From Piromyces finnis finn (taxonomy: Eukaryota; Fungi; Neocallimastigomycota), in assembly GCA_002104945.1 (NCBI GenBank), contig MCFH01000014.1:806001-870000 (forward strand): 64,000 bases of DNA, given 5' to 3'. Shown piece after piece: positions 49,027 to 62,199 of the stretch (within the stretch, counting starts at the first letter, position 1; the number at the start of each line of letters is the position of its first letter). Both the position numbers and the translations under genes were made by a program. The notes under the pieces are model-generated. The model had not been told where the DNA came from and did not search any database. It saw nothing but the letters and a program-made list of their open reading frames with translations.

Positions 49027-49836
49027 TAATAAATAATGAAATTAATAAATATAAAATTATTATTAAACCTGATTTTTAAGTTAACCTAAAAGTAACTTAA
49101 AATAAATTATAGTTTAATTAAGTACTTTACCAAAATTCTAAAATGAAATTAATCCTAAACACTGCATATATTTTGATTATTGAAAGAAAATAATAAACTT
49201 TAATTAATCGAGATCAAAATATATAACTTTTGTTAAATTAATTGTTAAATTAAATATTTAATAACTTCGTTAGTAAATTACACTTTAAAAGTAAACAAAT
49301 ATAATAATTCATGTTATAAAATAATATAATTAAACACCTTTATTAAAACATTAAAAATAATTATTACTTTAATTAATTGTAAAATAAACAACTTTTTATA
49401 TTCTTTAACTTTTAATTATTTCTTTCATTGTTATTTCTAATTACTTTTATTACTTTTATTGTAAATAGTTATTAATTTTATTGTTTTAATGTAAATAGTT
49501 AAATCTAAAAGAAAATATAAATACATGTAAATATTCTCATTTTAATCATTATTATTATTATTAATAAAGAAATATTATATAGTTTAGTTAATATTTTTGT
49601 AATTTTAATAATCACTTTTATACTTAAATAAATAAAATTTTAAATATTTAAATATTAGAAAAACGAGTGTTTCTAATAAAACAATTTAGTGTCTTAATAA
49701 AACAATTTTATTAATTTTTATAAAAACAATTTTAATTTCTAATCCATATAACTTATATAGTTATACTCAAGGATATAATATAATAATCACTTTTTGAAGT
49801 AAAATTCAAAATTAAGATTATTATCAAATTATATCA
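49027..49836 (+). mobile_element. C-family solo LTR (most diverged copy)
   Basis: Aligns with the other C LTRs but has many private changes. Terminal TG mutated to TA. Confidence 0.9.
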
Positions 49837-49839
49837 CTT

Positions 49840-50754
49840 TGATTGTCAACAACTCTTTAAATACTAAACTAAGACAAGACTGAAACAACACTAAAAATGG
49901 AGTTTATTATAAAATATAATAAAGAAAAATACTTAAATAATTTAGACACTTAGAGACGAAAAGGGTTAAAAATGTTTTTTAAGAATTCTTTTTTTTTTTT
50001 TTTTTTTGTTATAATTTTTTATTTGTTATTTCTTTATATAAAATTTTTATAATAAAGAAATAATTAATTATCAAAAAGAAAATTGATAAATAATTAAATT
50101 TATAAATTATGAATTTATAATAATAATAATAATAATAATATCATGAATATTAGTGGATTCATGATAATTTATTTAAATAATGTTTTATTCATTTAATTAA
50201 TTAGGAGTAATAATTTTATAAAACATTATTAAACAATATTTTTAGAGATATTTATTAATTATAATTATTAAAATTTTATATTTATTAAAGTTTAAATAAT
50301 ATCTCTTTGTTCATTTGATGTGGAAGGAAATTTAAATAAATGAAATAGTTAGTCATTCCTCCCTCAAATAATTGAAATGACTTAAGCAATTAAATAAAGA
50401 AAAGTCATAAGCTTAAAGTCATTATATAAATATTTAATATATTTTAATTTATAGAATAGTTAATTATATTAAAATTGAAATCATGTATTTTATAATTAAT
50501 GTAACTTTATTAAATAGATTAATTATTTATTAATTGATTTAAAAATTATAAATACTCGAATTTAATTCAACAATTGAACTTTTCGAGAAATCATTAAGTT
50601 TGATAACTCTATTTAGTGAATTAATAAAATATTTGATTAATAAGATGTATTAATAAATAAAAGTATTATAATAAAACATAATTTATATTAAATTAATAAG
50701 TAGGGTTAGGGCATTCTGACCTAACTTACCTAAATTCATCTTAGATCCTTAACA

Positions 50755-50788
<34 letters not shown>

Positions 50789-50856
50789 CACAGATAGTTA
50801 AAAATTAAAATATTTAACATGTATAAAATTATTAAATTAAAAATTATAAATGTAAA

Positions 50857-50887
<31 letters not shown>

Positions 50888-51361
50888 TAAATTAAATAGT
50901 TTATATTTGTTTATATTTATACTTTAAAATAATAATAATTTTGTATAAATAGTGATAGAATTTCTTTATTTTAAAAGATGTTCCTAATAATCCATAAAAA
51001 TTAGATATAGTTATATTAAATTTATATATTATGGTTACTAATTATCCAAGAGAGAAAAATTAGATATTTATACTTAATAAAACAATATTTATTTTACAAC
51101 ATTTATAATACATACTAGATGTATTAAATTTTAATTATTTAATAATACTAGAATTATTAAATAATATGATAATATAATAATTTTATAATTAAATAAAATA
51201 AAATTTTATATTAAAAACTAACTAACACTTGCAAATGAACAAGTATAAAAATCATTTATTCTATTTTTATTTTCCTTATTTTTATTTATAAATTTTTAGA
51301 TACAGATACTATCACTTTCTATAGTAAAATATAGAATTAAGATAATATCCTCCTCGTATCA
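49840..51361. mobile_element. L solo LTR with nested H-family solo LTR (50139-50754) inside an (AAT)n tract
   Basis: TGAT...GTATCA. The 3' end matches 4010-4061 inverted. The nested H aligns with 59610-60239, TSD AATAA. Confidence 0.75.
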
Positions 51362-51417
51362 TTTTTTGATAAATAATAATTATAAATATATTATAAATTT
51401 GATATTAGTAGAATATT

Positions 51418-52630
51418 TGTAAAGAATAGAAGACGATTAAAAAATAAATTAAATATTCAAATAAACAATTTAAAAATCAAATTTATATTTCAAAAATTAT
51501 AAAACACTTTTAAAAAATAATTAAAAGATCACTTGGAAAAATTTAATATTGAAAAGGGTTAAGGATCACAGAAATTTAATTTTCAATAAATTAACCCTTG
51601 AGAAGAAAATGCACTATACGAAACTAGTGATAACTTCTGAATCTCGTGTCCTATTTTCCTTTTCTAGAGAATTCAAATCAATTTTATTAGAAAGTACTAG
51701 TTGAGATCTATATTCTCACAAATTTTCAGCTAATTTAGACCACTAGTTCTTGAGATATAGCTATTTAAAGAATTAATTAGTTCCAATTAATATATAATAA
51801 TATATATTAAAATAATTAATATTAATTTATATAATTAAAGTCATTATTCAAGTCATCCAACTTTCTATAAATAATTCAATTTAAAAATTCTCCATTATTA
51901 TTAAATAAGGTTAGATAATAAATATTCTTGATTACAAACCTAATCAATTATAAAAATTAATTAATAATTTTTCAAATAATTTTGATTAATAACCTCAATC
52001 ATAATCAAACCAAAAAGCCTTTGGATCAAAAATCATTAGTTATAATTATTAATTAATTAATCATGAGAATATATAATTAGTATCAGTAATTGCTATTCTC
52101 AATTTATAATATTAAATATTTACAATTTAAAATGGTTAAAACAATACTTTTATTTTAAAAGTAATTTAAAAGATTAATCTTAAGATCTATCATATGAATT
52201 CATATTATTAATATCAATATCAATTATTAATATTTAATTTAAAATTATTTTATTTTTATCTTTATTATTAATATCAATATTAATATCAATGTAATTTTAT
52301 TATATGTAAGAAAAAAATATTTAAACAAAGAATTGAAATCAATTTTGAAATTCTTTGTAAGATTATTAATTATTAATTATAATATAACTTAATAAATATT
52401 ATCTTAATAAATAAATAATTAATAAACAAATTTCATAATTAAATTATATTAAAATTTTTATTTTACATATAAAAACCTATTTAATTTTTAAATTAGTATT
52501 ACTTAAATTCTTTAATAAGTTTTAAAGAAAAGATTTAATAATAAATAAGTTTAATATTTTATTGGTAAATTAAGTTATATTATATAAAACATTCTGACCA
52601 AGTTATATATCAACCCTAGCCCACTTTACA
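51418..52630 (+). mobile_element. N solo LTR (F/H/M-related)
   Basis: TGTAAAG...TTTACA, TSD ATATT. Shares AAAGGGTTA, CTTTGTAAGATTAT and CATTCTGACC motifs with F. Related sequence at about 61530-61680. Confidence 0.8.
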
Positions 52631-53726
52631 ATATTTGTCACGAATACTAGTGAAATCTACAATTTCAAGATCACTTGAAATTGTGAAATTACTTATAAAA
52701 TTTCAATATCAATAATATCTTATTTCCAAATAAATTATAAAATTATATTAAGTAATATTTAAAAAATTTAGAAAAAGTTAAGATATGACCTTAACCCTTA
52801 ATAAATTTTATAACAAATAACTTTAACCCTTATCGTCAAAATTAAATAAGGAAAAACATGCGTATCTCCTTAACGAATGGCGATTTTTGGGAAATTATGG
52901 TTGGGAAATTATGGTCTCGTTAGAAAGCCACACTCGAGATAAACAACATATCTTAAAATCAGGTCAATATCTGCTGGTTTACGAGATATTCCAATTTAAA
53001 GATATTTTGTTAGTAATGATTAATTGTTTATTCAGAGAATGATCACCCCTGATGTATTGAACATAAATCATTCACCCAAAAGGATATAAATTATTGTTTT
53101 AATTAAATTAAAATTATTTTCCGGAATTAATTAACTTTATTTTATAATAATTATTTCAATAACATATCTTATAATCTTTGAATTAAAAGATTATAATTAT
53201 TAAAATTATATGCAATGAATTATATTATAATTAAGAAATAATTAATATTATGAATATATAAACAATAGTTATTTTTAATAATTAGTAATAAGTCTTAAGC
53301 TTAACCTTAGTATTATAAAATACATTATAAAAAATAATCATGTATTAAAAAGTTATTTTATTATTAAATGTAAAATTACGAATAGTATAAATAGTTTAGA
53401 ATAGTTTTATGAATTAAATCTTTGTAAAGATTATTATCTTATTAATACTTAATAAGTATTACTATTAAATAATCTCATTATTATATATATTCTTTAAATA
53501 AAATAAAAAGAAATTATTTTAACCATAATACATAATTTAATTATTCATTTATAAAACAATTAAGATTATTTTAATAAAACATTTTTTCTAACCTAGTTAT
53601 CTTTAATCTTTTATTTAATTTAATATTTTAATATTAAATTATAAGTTTAGTAAAACTTTTACAATAATCTTTACTGCGTTTTTACCATAACTACCTTAGG
53701 AAAAAACTTAATTTAAAAATTCAAAA

Positions 53727-54500
53727 ATGACTCAACCAACACCTAAACCAGTTCAACAATTTCTAAAGCCTCAAGATTTAGAAGAATTTAAGAAAAATCT
53801 TTGTGGTGGACTAGATAAGTATATTACTCAACAATTGGACAAAAATACCACCTCCTTATTAGAACGTATGGATACCATGTTAAAGGAACTCAAGAGCCGT
53901 GCTACTTATACTGAAACTGAAGAATCTTCTACTAATTATGATGAAGATCATGATGTTATAATGCGCAATAGAACATATCCTATAAAACAAGTACCTGATC
54001 CAGGATTCTTTACTGGTGATACTATTCAGACTGAATTATTCTGCGAACTCTGCCAAGCTACCTTTAAAACTCCACCTAACAACCAGCTCTCTGAAGAAGT
54101 AAAAATTAACTTTGTTGTTGTTAGATTACGTGATTCTGCCAGAATTTGGTACCATATTAAATACAAAGATGGAATTGCTCCTATGACTATGAACGAACTA
54201 TTAAGTGAGTTAAACCAAGCCTTTTCAAATGTTACCAGTACTAAATTAGCCATGATTCAATTAATAGAATTAAGACAAGCTTATGGAAAAGTGAATGATT
54301 ATATTAACAAATTTAGAGATTTAAGTCGTTGCTTAGAAATAGATGACACTAGTCTTTCACTAATATTTTTAAATGGTTTACATCCAAAATATAAGAATGA
54401 AATTAAGAAAGCTGATATCTTACCAAACACTTTAAGTGAAATGGTTACAAAGTGCATAATTTTTGAAAACTCTCTTGCAACCAATAACAAATTAAATATC

Positions 54501-54532
<32 letters not shown>

Positions 54533-54650
54533 TCAACATTACAACAAGAGAAACAATAGAAAATTCAATAAGAATAAAAACCAATATCAAAATTCAAACA
54601 ACAATAATAATTATGTCAATAAAGTTCAAAAAATTAACCCAAAAAACTAG
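53727..54650 (+). CDS. gag: M Gag (307 aa)
   Basis: Retrotransposon gag-like core (LRDSARIWY, YINKFRDL, FLNGL), upstream of a frameshift signal and protease. Confidence 0.88.
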
Positions 54651-56702
54651 GAAATGAACTCTCAAGAGAGTCTAAGAGAGTTCATAATACAAAAATAATA
54701 CATTACAACTTTCCTACATATGACTCTAAAATAAATATAAAATTGCCTACTACATTTTTCAATTTAAAATATTTTATTCCAATTAAATTAAACAAACTTT
54801 ACGATTTAAAAGATTCAATTAATAAAAATCAATACAATTTAATTTTTGATAGTGGCTCATATTGCAATTTTATTTCAATCAACTTAGTCAATAAATTAAA
54901 ACTAAAACCACACAAATTATTACATTCAATCGAAATAAATGGAATTAGTGGTTCAACATTTATTGATACATATACTTTCTTATATTTTAAAACTACTATC
55001 TATATTGTAAAAGTATAAAATTTAAAACAGATTTCATACTTAAAACAAAACAATTTTTATTAACACAAAAATAAAAAAATAAAACATTAAATTTTTATTT
55101 TAAGAAAACATTTTATTTAAACTCTTAAAAATATTATTAGCTATATAATAGTTAATAATTAAAAAATTGAAAATAACAATTACATCGATTTAACAAATAA
55201 AAATTACATGTATTTATATTTTTTCATAATTATATTCTAATATATTATTCTATTTAAATAAACATATATTTAATATAAAATAAACAAAACTAATTTAATT
55301 AAATAATAAAATAACAGAACTAAACTAAACTAATTCATTATACTTTTAATTCAATTTGAGTAAACTCAAAATTGAATAAAGCCCATGTATTTTCTATAAA
55401 TTAATTTAATATTATCAATACTATTCTTAATATATTTCCTATTGAAATATAAATAAATCTATTTTTAAAACTAAGTTAAAATTATTAAACTATTTTAAAT
55501 TTAAATAAAAAAGTATAATCTATTCTAAAATTAAATAAAAAGTATTTAAAAAATATTTTAATTATTTTAAATATTTGAAATATTTAAATTTAATTAAAAT
55601 TCTTTTATTCCTTAAATTTAAATATTTATCTTAATTTAAATTTTACGGAATTATTATAAAATAATTTATTATTAAATTATTCCATAAAATTTACTCAAAA
55701 ATTTTATAATCAGTTTTACTAAATATTAATTTATTATTTAATAATTAATAATTAATTATTAAATAATCTAAAGATATATATTATATCTTTACATATATTA
55801 ATCATTCAAAATTTTTAATTATTTTTAAAGAAAAAATTTTAATTATTAAAAATCTTCCAACAAATTTGTTATTAGGCAATAAATTTTTACACAAATATCA
55901 ATTACATTTTAATTATAATAAAAATTTAGTATATTCAAGTTTAAATTTTAACAATTTTAAAAAATTAATTTCTGATAAATTTATATATAAAATTAATAAA
56001 AACCAATCGTATAAATCCAAAAAATTAAAAATTAAAACCATCAATTATAATAAATTAAATTTCAATACATTTTTTAATAATTCAAAAAATTATTCTAAAC
56101 CAAAATATCAAAATTTCAGCTATAACTACTTTATTCACTCATTTTTAGCTAATAATAATGAAGAAGATTATAACACTGATGAAGAAGACTTCAAATTGGA
56201 AGAAGTACCAGAACCATATCGCGATTTAGCCGAAGTTTTCAGTAAGGTTAATGCTGATAAACTACCACCACATAGGTTAACGGATTGTAAAATTTTTTTA
56301 CAAAAAGATGCTTCTTTACATTATGGTCCTATATATCCTCTATCTGAAGATGAATCCCAAGTTCTTAAAGAGTATATAGATGAAAATCTCAAGAAAGGAT
56401 TTATTAGACCATCTGAATCTCCAGCGGGTTATCCTGTTTTATTTCAGAAAAAGAAGGATGGATCGTTACGTCTTTGTATAGACTACAAAAAATTAAATGC
56501 AGTTACAATTCGCAACTCTTATCCACTTCCTCTAATTACTGATATTATCGAAAGAGTGAAAGGTGCTAAATTCTTTTCAAAATTAGATCTTCGTTCTGCT
56601 TACAATTTAGTGCGTATTCGTGAAGGAGACGAATGTAAGACAGCTTTTAGAACTAAATATGGTCATTATGAATATTTAGTTATGCCTTTTGGACTAAGAA
56701 AT
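54641..56702 (+). pseudogene. pol: M Pol (PR + RT N-part) interrupted by solo LTR 55006-55793
   Basis: The -1 frame from A AAA AAC gives LIFDSGS. Removing the insert and one TATAT restores the frame into [35 protein letters not shown]. Confidence 0.92.
55006..55793 (-). mobile_element. Solo LTR of the NA family
   Basis: Reverse complement of 13985-14773 with few changes. TSD TATAT. Confidence 0.95.
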
Positions 56703-59360
56703 TGTAAAGATATCAAACGCCTCAGATTAATATCTTTAATGTAACTTGAGCCACAAGTATTATTGTTTAAATTACACAATTTATATTACAGAAAAAGAAA
56801 ATGAGACATAATTTATTTATTAATAATTAAAGTTTGAAACAAAATAAATTATTAATTTATTTTTAATGTTTTACAAATAAATTAAATTTCTCAATTTAAT
56901 TTCTTAGTTTTAGTATTGTTTTTGATAGAAAAAGATGAATAATATATAAATAATAAATGATTAATATATAAATAATACATGGGCACATATTCAAATTAAA
57001 TAGTATTTGATTTGAATTGCCTATTTAATTTTACTAAAATAATTATAGTTTAAATATTTTATTAATAATTAAGATTTTAGTGTAGGTTTTAAATAATAAT
57101 ATATTTTAAATAAATAGTTATAATATAATATAAATGTATTTAGGAAAAATATAAATAGAAGATATTTTTCATCATTTTATCAATGTAATTGTTATTAATA
57201 AAATTTCTATTATAATAAAAGATATTTTTAATAAAACAATTTTTATTTTTATTTTAAATTTAGTGTTATTGTAATAGAATAGATATCCTAATCTATTCTT
57301 TCTGTGTCACCATTACAGTTTCTTTTATTTATTATTCATTATTATTTTAAAACATATTAATATTTTATTTTAAAAAGTTAAAACAGAAAGAAAATTATAA
57401 ATACATGTAATTATTTCCTAATTTAAAAATCAATCAATACTTTTAATAAATTTATTAAAAAGGTGATTCAAAAATATATTTTTAAATTGTGTTTTTAAAA
57501 CATAACTTTTATATTTTGTTAATAATCGTTATGTTGAATTAGAATATTTCAAATAACTTTATAATAAAAATTAATTTTAAATCCTTTTTTTTTATTAATT
57601 GATAAGAATATTATCACTTTTATAATTATTTAATTATAAATTAAGATAATATTAAACACTTATCATAATTGGTACAATACATTCAGAAAAATGTAATAAA
57701 TACATATATTTTACAAATGAAATAACCCTTATAAAATATATATATATATAAATATTTTTAATTAATAAATTGATATAGCGATAGTAATAATAAGAATGGT
57801 AAATTAAATTAAATTAATAGCTTATAAATAATTCAACAAAGTATAATAAACTTTTTATAATTTAATATGACGAAAAATATAATTATTTAAAGAAAGGAGA
57901 AAGACGCATTTTTATTAATAGTTAGTTAGTTTTAGTTAGTTTATATTAGTTATATTATAAATAAAATAAAGATAAGGTGATAATAATAGAAGAATAAATA
58001 ATATTATTGTTAGATTTAGTGAAGGAATTAATAATAATATTAGTTTATTTTCTAAGATTATACCTATTTTTACTAACAAATAATAATATAAATAATAATA
58101 AATAATACTTATGAATAATAAAATTTGTAATAAAATAATAAAATAATAAATAAAATAATAAATAAAAATATAATAATAATTATTCATCTAGAATATAAAT
58201 TTGTTATTTATAACTGTTGTAGTGTCCCAAATAATAAATAAAAAGGTACTTATAATAAAATTCTGTACCATTTATGATAACGGATTGGTAGTTATATTAC
58301 AACTTTTTAAACTACTTCCTCTGTTACCTTATATTGTTTTATCTCGACAGCTATTGTACGAGCTTTAACAATATCTACTTGTTTTATTAATTTATTTTAA
58401 GTTATTTTATAATATTTATAGTTTTATTATTTAATAATATTTATATAGAATAATAACACCAGATTTATTCTATAAAATATTATTTATTATTAACACAATA
58501 ATTACAAATTAGATAAGTTTGATTTCGTTTTTATATTTTTTTTATTTACTGTTTTTACACTCTTTTTAACAATAATTTTTATTATATAAAAATTTATTTT
58601 TGTCTTTTAAATATTATTATGTATTCACGAATTAATTATATTAACTATTATTATTATTAATAATCTAAGTCTTCTTATTTTCTACTAAAAAATATTATTA
58701 TTCTTTATATTAAAAATTATTTTTATAATTTAATCCAATCAAATATATAAATTTATAAAATATTTGAATTCTATTTAATTATACATAAAATAAACAAAAC
58801 TAATTTAATACTAATTTAATTAAATAATAAAATAATAAAACTAAACTAAAACTAATTAAATACACTTTTGATTCAATTTGAATAAACTACAAATTGAATA
58901 CAGTCCATGTATTACCTATATATTAATTAAATATTAATAATACTATTTATTATATATTTGTATTAAAAAAATGCTAATTTAAAACTATGCTAAAGTTATT
59001 AAACTAATTTTAATTAAATAAAAACTTTTTAAGATTTAATTTGAATATTTAAAATATTTAAATTTAATTATTCCATAAAATTTATATAATAAATTTTACA
59101 AATAAATTTTCATTAAAATATCAAAATTATTATTTAATAATTATTAATTAATTATTAAATAATTTAAAGATATATTTTATATCTTTACAAATATAAATAG
59201 AAGATATTTTTCATCATTTTATCAATGTAATTGTTATTATTAAAAATTCTATTATAATAAAAGATATTTTTATAAAACAATTTTTTTATTTTATTTTAAA
59301 ATTTTAGTGTTATTGTAATAGAATAGATATCCTAATCTATTCTTTCAGTGTTCAACATTA
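56703..59360. mobile_element. Unresolved LTR debris: K unit from 56703, diverged NA-like LTR (about 58740-59189, minus), K-like repeat 59190-59357
   Basis: TGTAAAGATATC start; 57150-57300 is repeated at 59190-59345; NA-like ctaaactaaa..caatttga..ccatgtatt..atatctttaca. Confidence 0.6.
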
Positions 59361-59557
59361 TACTTAAGTATAAATTAAGTGACTTATATTTAATAATTTC
59401 TAATAAAACTTTTATTTATGTTTTAATAAAACATATTTTATTATAATTTTTTTTACTTTAATTATTCTATTTTAATATAATGGAATATAATTGTTAATAA
59501 TAAGTTTTTGTTTTTAATTATTTAGAAATTATAACATTAATTTATTATTTGACATTT

Positions 59558-61337
59558 TGAGAAAGAATGAAATTTATAAATAATAAATTGATAGAATAGC
59601 TGATTTTAATGTCATGAATAATAGTAGATTCATGATAATTTATTTAAATAATGTTTTATTTATTTAATTAATAAGAAATAATATTTTATAAAAACATTAT
59701 TTAATAATAACTTTAGAGATATTTATTAATTATAATTATTAAGATTTATATTTATTAAAGTTTAAATAATATCTCTTCATTTATTTGATGTGGAAGGAAA
59801 TTAAAATAAAAGAAATAGTTATTCCTCCCTCAAATGATTAAAATGACTTAAGCAAATAATTAAGAATAAGTCATAAGCTTAAAGTTATTATATAAATGTT
59901 TAATATGTTTTAATTAATAGAATAGATAATTAAATTAAAATTAAAATCATGTATTTTATAATTAATGTAACTTTATTAAATTATTAAATAGATTAATGAT
60001 TTATTAATTGATTTAAAAAATATAAAAACTCGGAAATAATTCAATAATTAAACCTTTGGAGAAATCATAAAGTTTTATAACTCTACTTAATGATTAATAT
60101 TATAATTAATTAATAACATGTATTAATAAATTTATTAATAAATAAAACTTTATAATAAAACATATTTTGTATTAATTTAATAAGTAGGGTTAGGGCATTC
60201 TGACCTAACTTACTGCAATTCAACCTTAACTCCTTAACATTTAATATCAAAAATTCGATTGGATTTAAAGTTATAATTAATTCTACTAGGTTAGGATAGG
60301 CTTTAATTATATAGTAAGTAATAAATTTTAAAATAAAAAAATAATAAATGTAGATTTTTTTAAGAGTTATTTTATTTAAATTTTAATATATAAATAAATG
60401 ATAATTATTAATTTTTAAATATTGAATTTACTATATAAAAATGAGTATTAATAATCTCACAAAGAACTTCTTAAAGTTGTTCTTTATTTAACTTATTTAT
60501 ACTTTCATTTTTAATATAATATTGATATTAATAAAATATAATAATAATATTTTTAAGTTATACTTGTATAAAAATATAAGTATAAATATTAATAAAATAT
60601 AATAATAATATAATTTTCTTTAAATATCGATATTAATAAGTTGTTAAAAATAATATTAATAATTATTTAAATGAATCTTATTTTACTAATTGGTTTGTTT
60701 AATATTAATTAATCGTTACACTATTTATCTCCGGATAATAAATAGCTTCCCAATTAATATATATATTAAATAAACTATTACTAGTAAAATGTTATTAAAT
60801 TAATATTTTAATTAATTTAATTAATAATTTCAAAATTATGAAATTTCATGAAATGTCAAATTTCATGAATTGTGATTTTGACATTTAGAATTATATAAAC
60901 TTAATATAAAATATAATAATAGTAAATAATTAAAATAATATTAAATATAAATATTTAATTAAATTTTAAAAATGTAAAACATAAACAATTTTTGTTTATA
61001 AAAAAAAAAAAAACTTAAATGTAATTATTTAATATAAATAGAAATAGAAAATATTATTTTAAAACTTGTTACTAATTACAGTAAAATTAGAATATTTTAA
61101 TAATAAAATAATAAATTAATATATATTTTTATAATACATAACGAGATGTATTATATATTTATTATAAACTAATAAACTGATGTTATAAAACAAGATGTTT
61201 TTTTAAAATTTTTAAATTATATTCATTAATTATATGAAACTTGTAGAATGAGCAAGTAAAAATAAATCATTCAACTACATACAAATATGCCACTTTCTAA
61301 GCCTATTTAGAATTAAGGTATATTTGAACTTGGGCCA
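59558..61337 (+). mobile_element. Diverged D solo LTR with tandem nested H (59610-60239) and I (60245-60883) solo LTRs
   Basis: D sequence stops at ..gctgattttaa and resumes at 60889. TTTAA / TTTAA / TTTAG duplications flank H and I. Bounded by TTT and TTTT. Confidence 0.85.
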
Positions 61338-61375
61338 TTTTTAGTAAATAATTAAATTTATAAATTATAAATTAG

Positions 61376-61408
61376 TATAATAATAATAATGATGATAATA
61401 ATAATAAT

Positions 61409-61499
<91 letters not shown>

Positions 61500-61503
61500 T
61501 AAT
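61376..61503. repeat. (AAT)n microsatellite
   Basis: Nearly pure trinucleotide run. Confidence 0.92.
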
Positions 61504-62199
61504 AAAGACTGATTGATAAAAAATTATATCAGAAATAGAAGACAATTACAAAATAAATTAAATATTCGAATAAACAATTTAAAGATCAATTTAGAATTTC
61601 AAGAATTATAAAATATTCTTAAAAATAATAAAGAAAGCTATTTAAAAAATCTTTAATAATGAAAAGGGTTAGCTTACGAAATCAATATACTATTTTTTAA
61701 CTTGAATTATTAATATTTTTTTTAATAATTTTTAGTTATATTATAAATAACTTTATAATTTTAGTAATTATATATTTAATAATATATACAATAAATATCA
61801 ACTTTTAAGATTTAGTTTTTCTAATTATTAAATATTAATAGAAAAGAAGGAATTACATCAAAAATTACTTTTAAATTTATATATTTCTGTAAAGATATAA
61901 CATATATCTTTTGATTATTTAATAATTAATTATTATTGTTAAACATTAATAATTTAACTTAAATCTAGAAATATGTAGAATAGAATAGAATTATGTATTA
62001 CTAATATATTTAGTCATAGAATATTCTCATGATAAATAATACGCCACAATCCTTAGTATAAATAGAGAATAAATTTATGAACTATTTATGTACTTTGTAA
62101 TTACCTTTTTATTAATAATATTAATAAATAAAGTTTATATTAAAAACAATATTATAAATTTTTTTCTCAGATTAAGAGTCTCAAAACTTTCTTAATACC

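Larger units (their letters stand above)
52636..56702 (+). mobile_element. Element M: disrupted self-priming Ty3/gypsy (5' LTR 52636-53663, gag, partial pol)
   Basis: TGTCACGAATACTAG...TTTACA. PBS AATAATCTTTAC (53663-53674) is complementary to LTR 53424-53435. Truncated inside RT by another LTR at 56703. Confidence 0.88.
51367..59554 (+). mobile_element. J LTR unit carrying nested N, M and further debris
   Basis: Starts TGATAAATAA after T5. Probable end TTATTTGACA at 59554 before TTT. The right boundary is inferred from terminal symmetry only. Confidence 0.5.

Noticed and set aside
54653-54685. M frameshift stem shares AATGAACTCTC/GAGAGTTCAT with the foldback PBS/R pair
   Set aside because: A single 11-mer match with no flanking homology; treated as coincidence.
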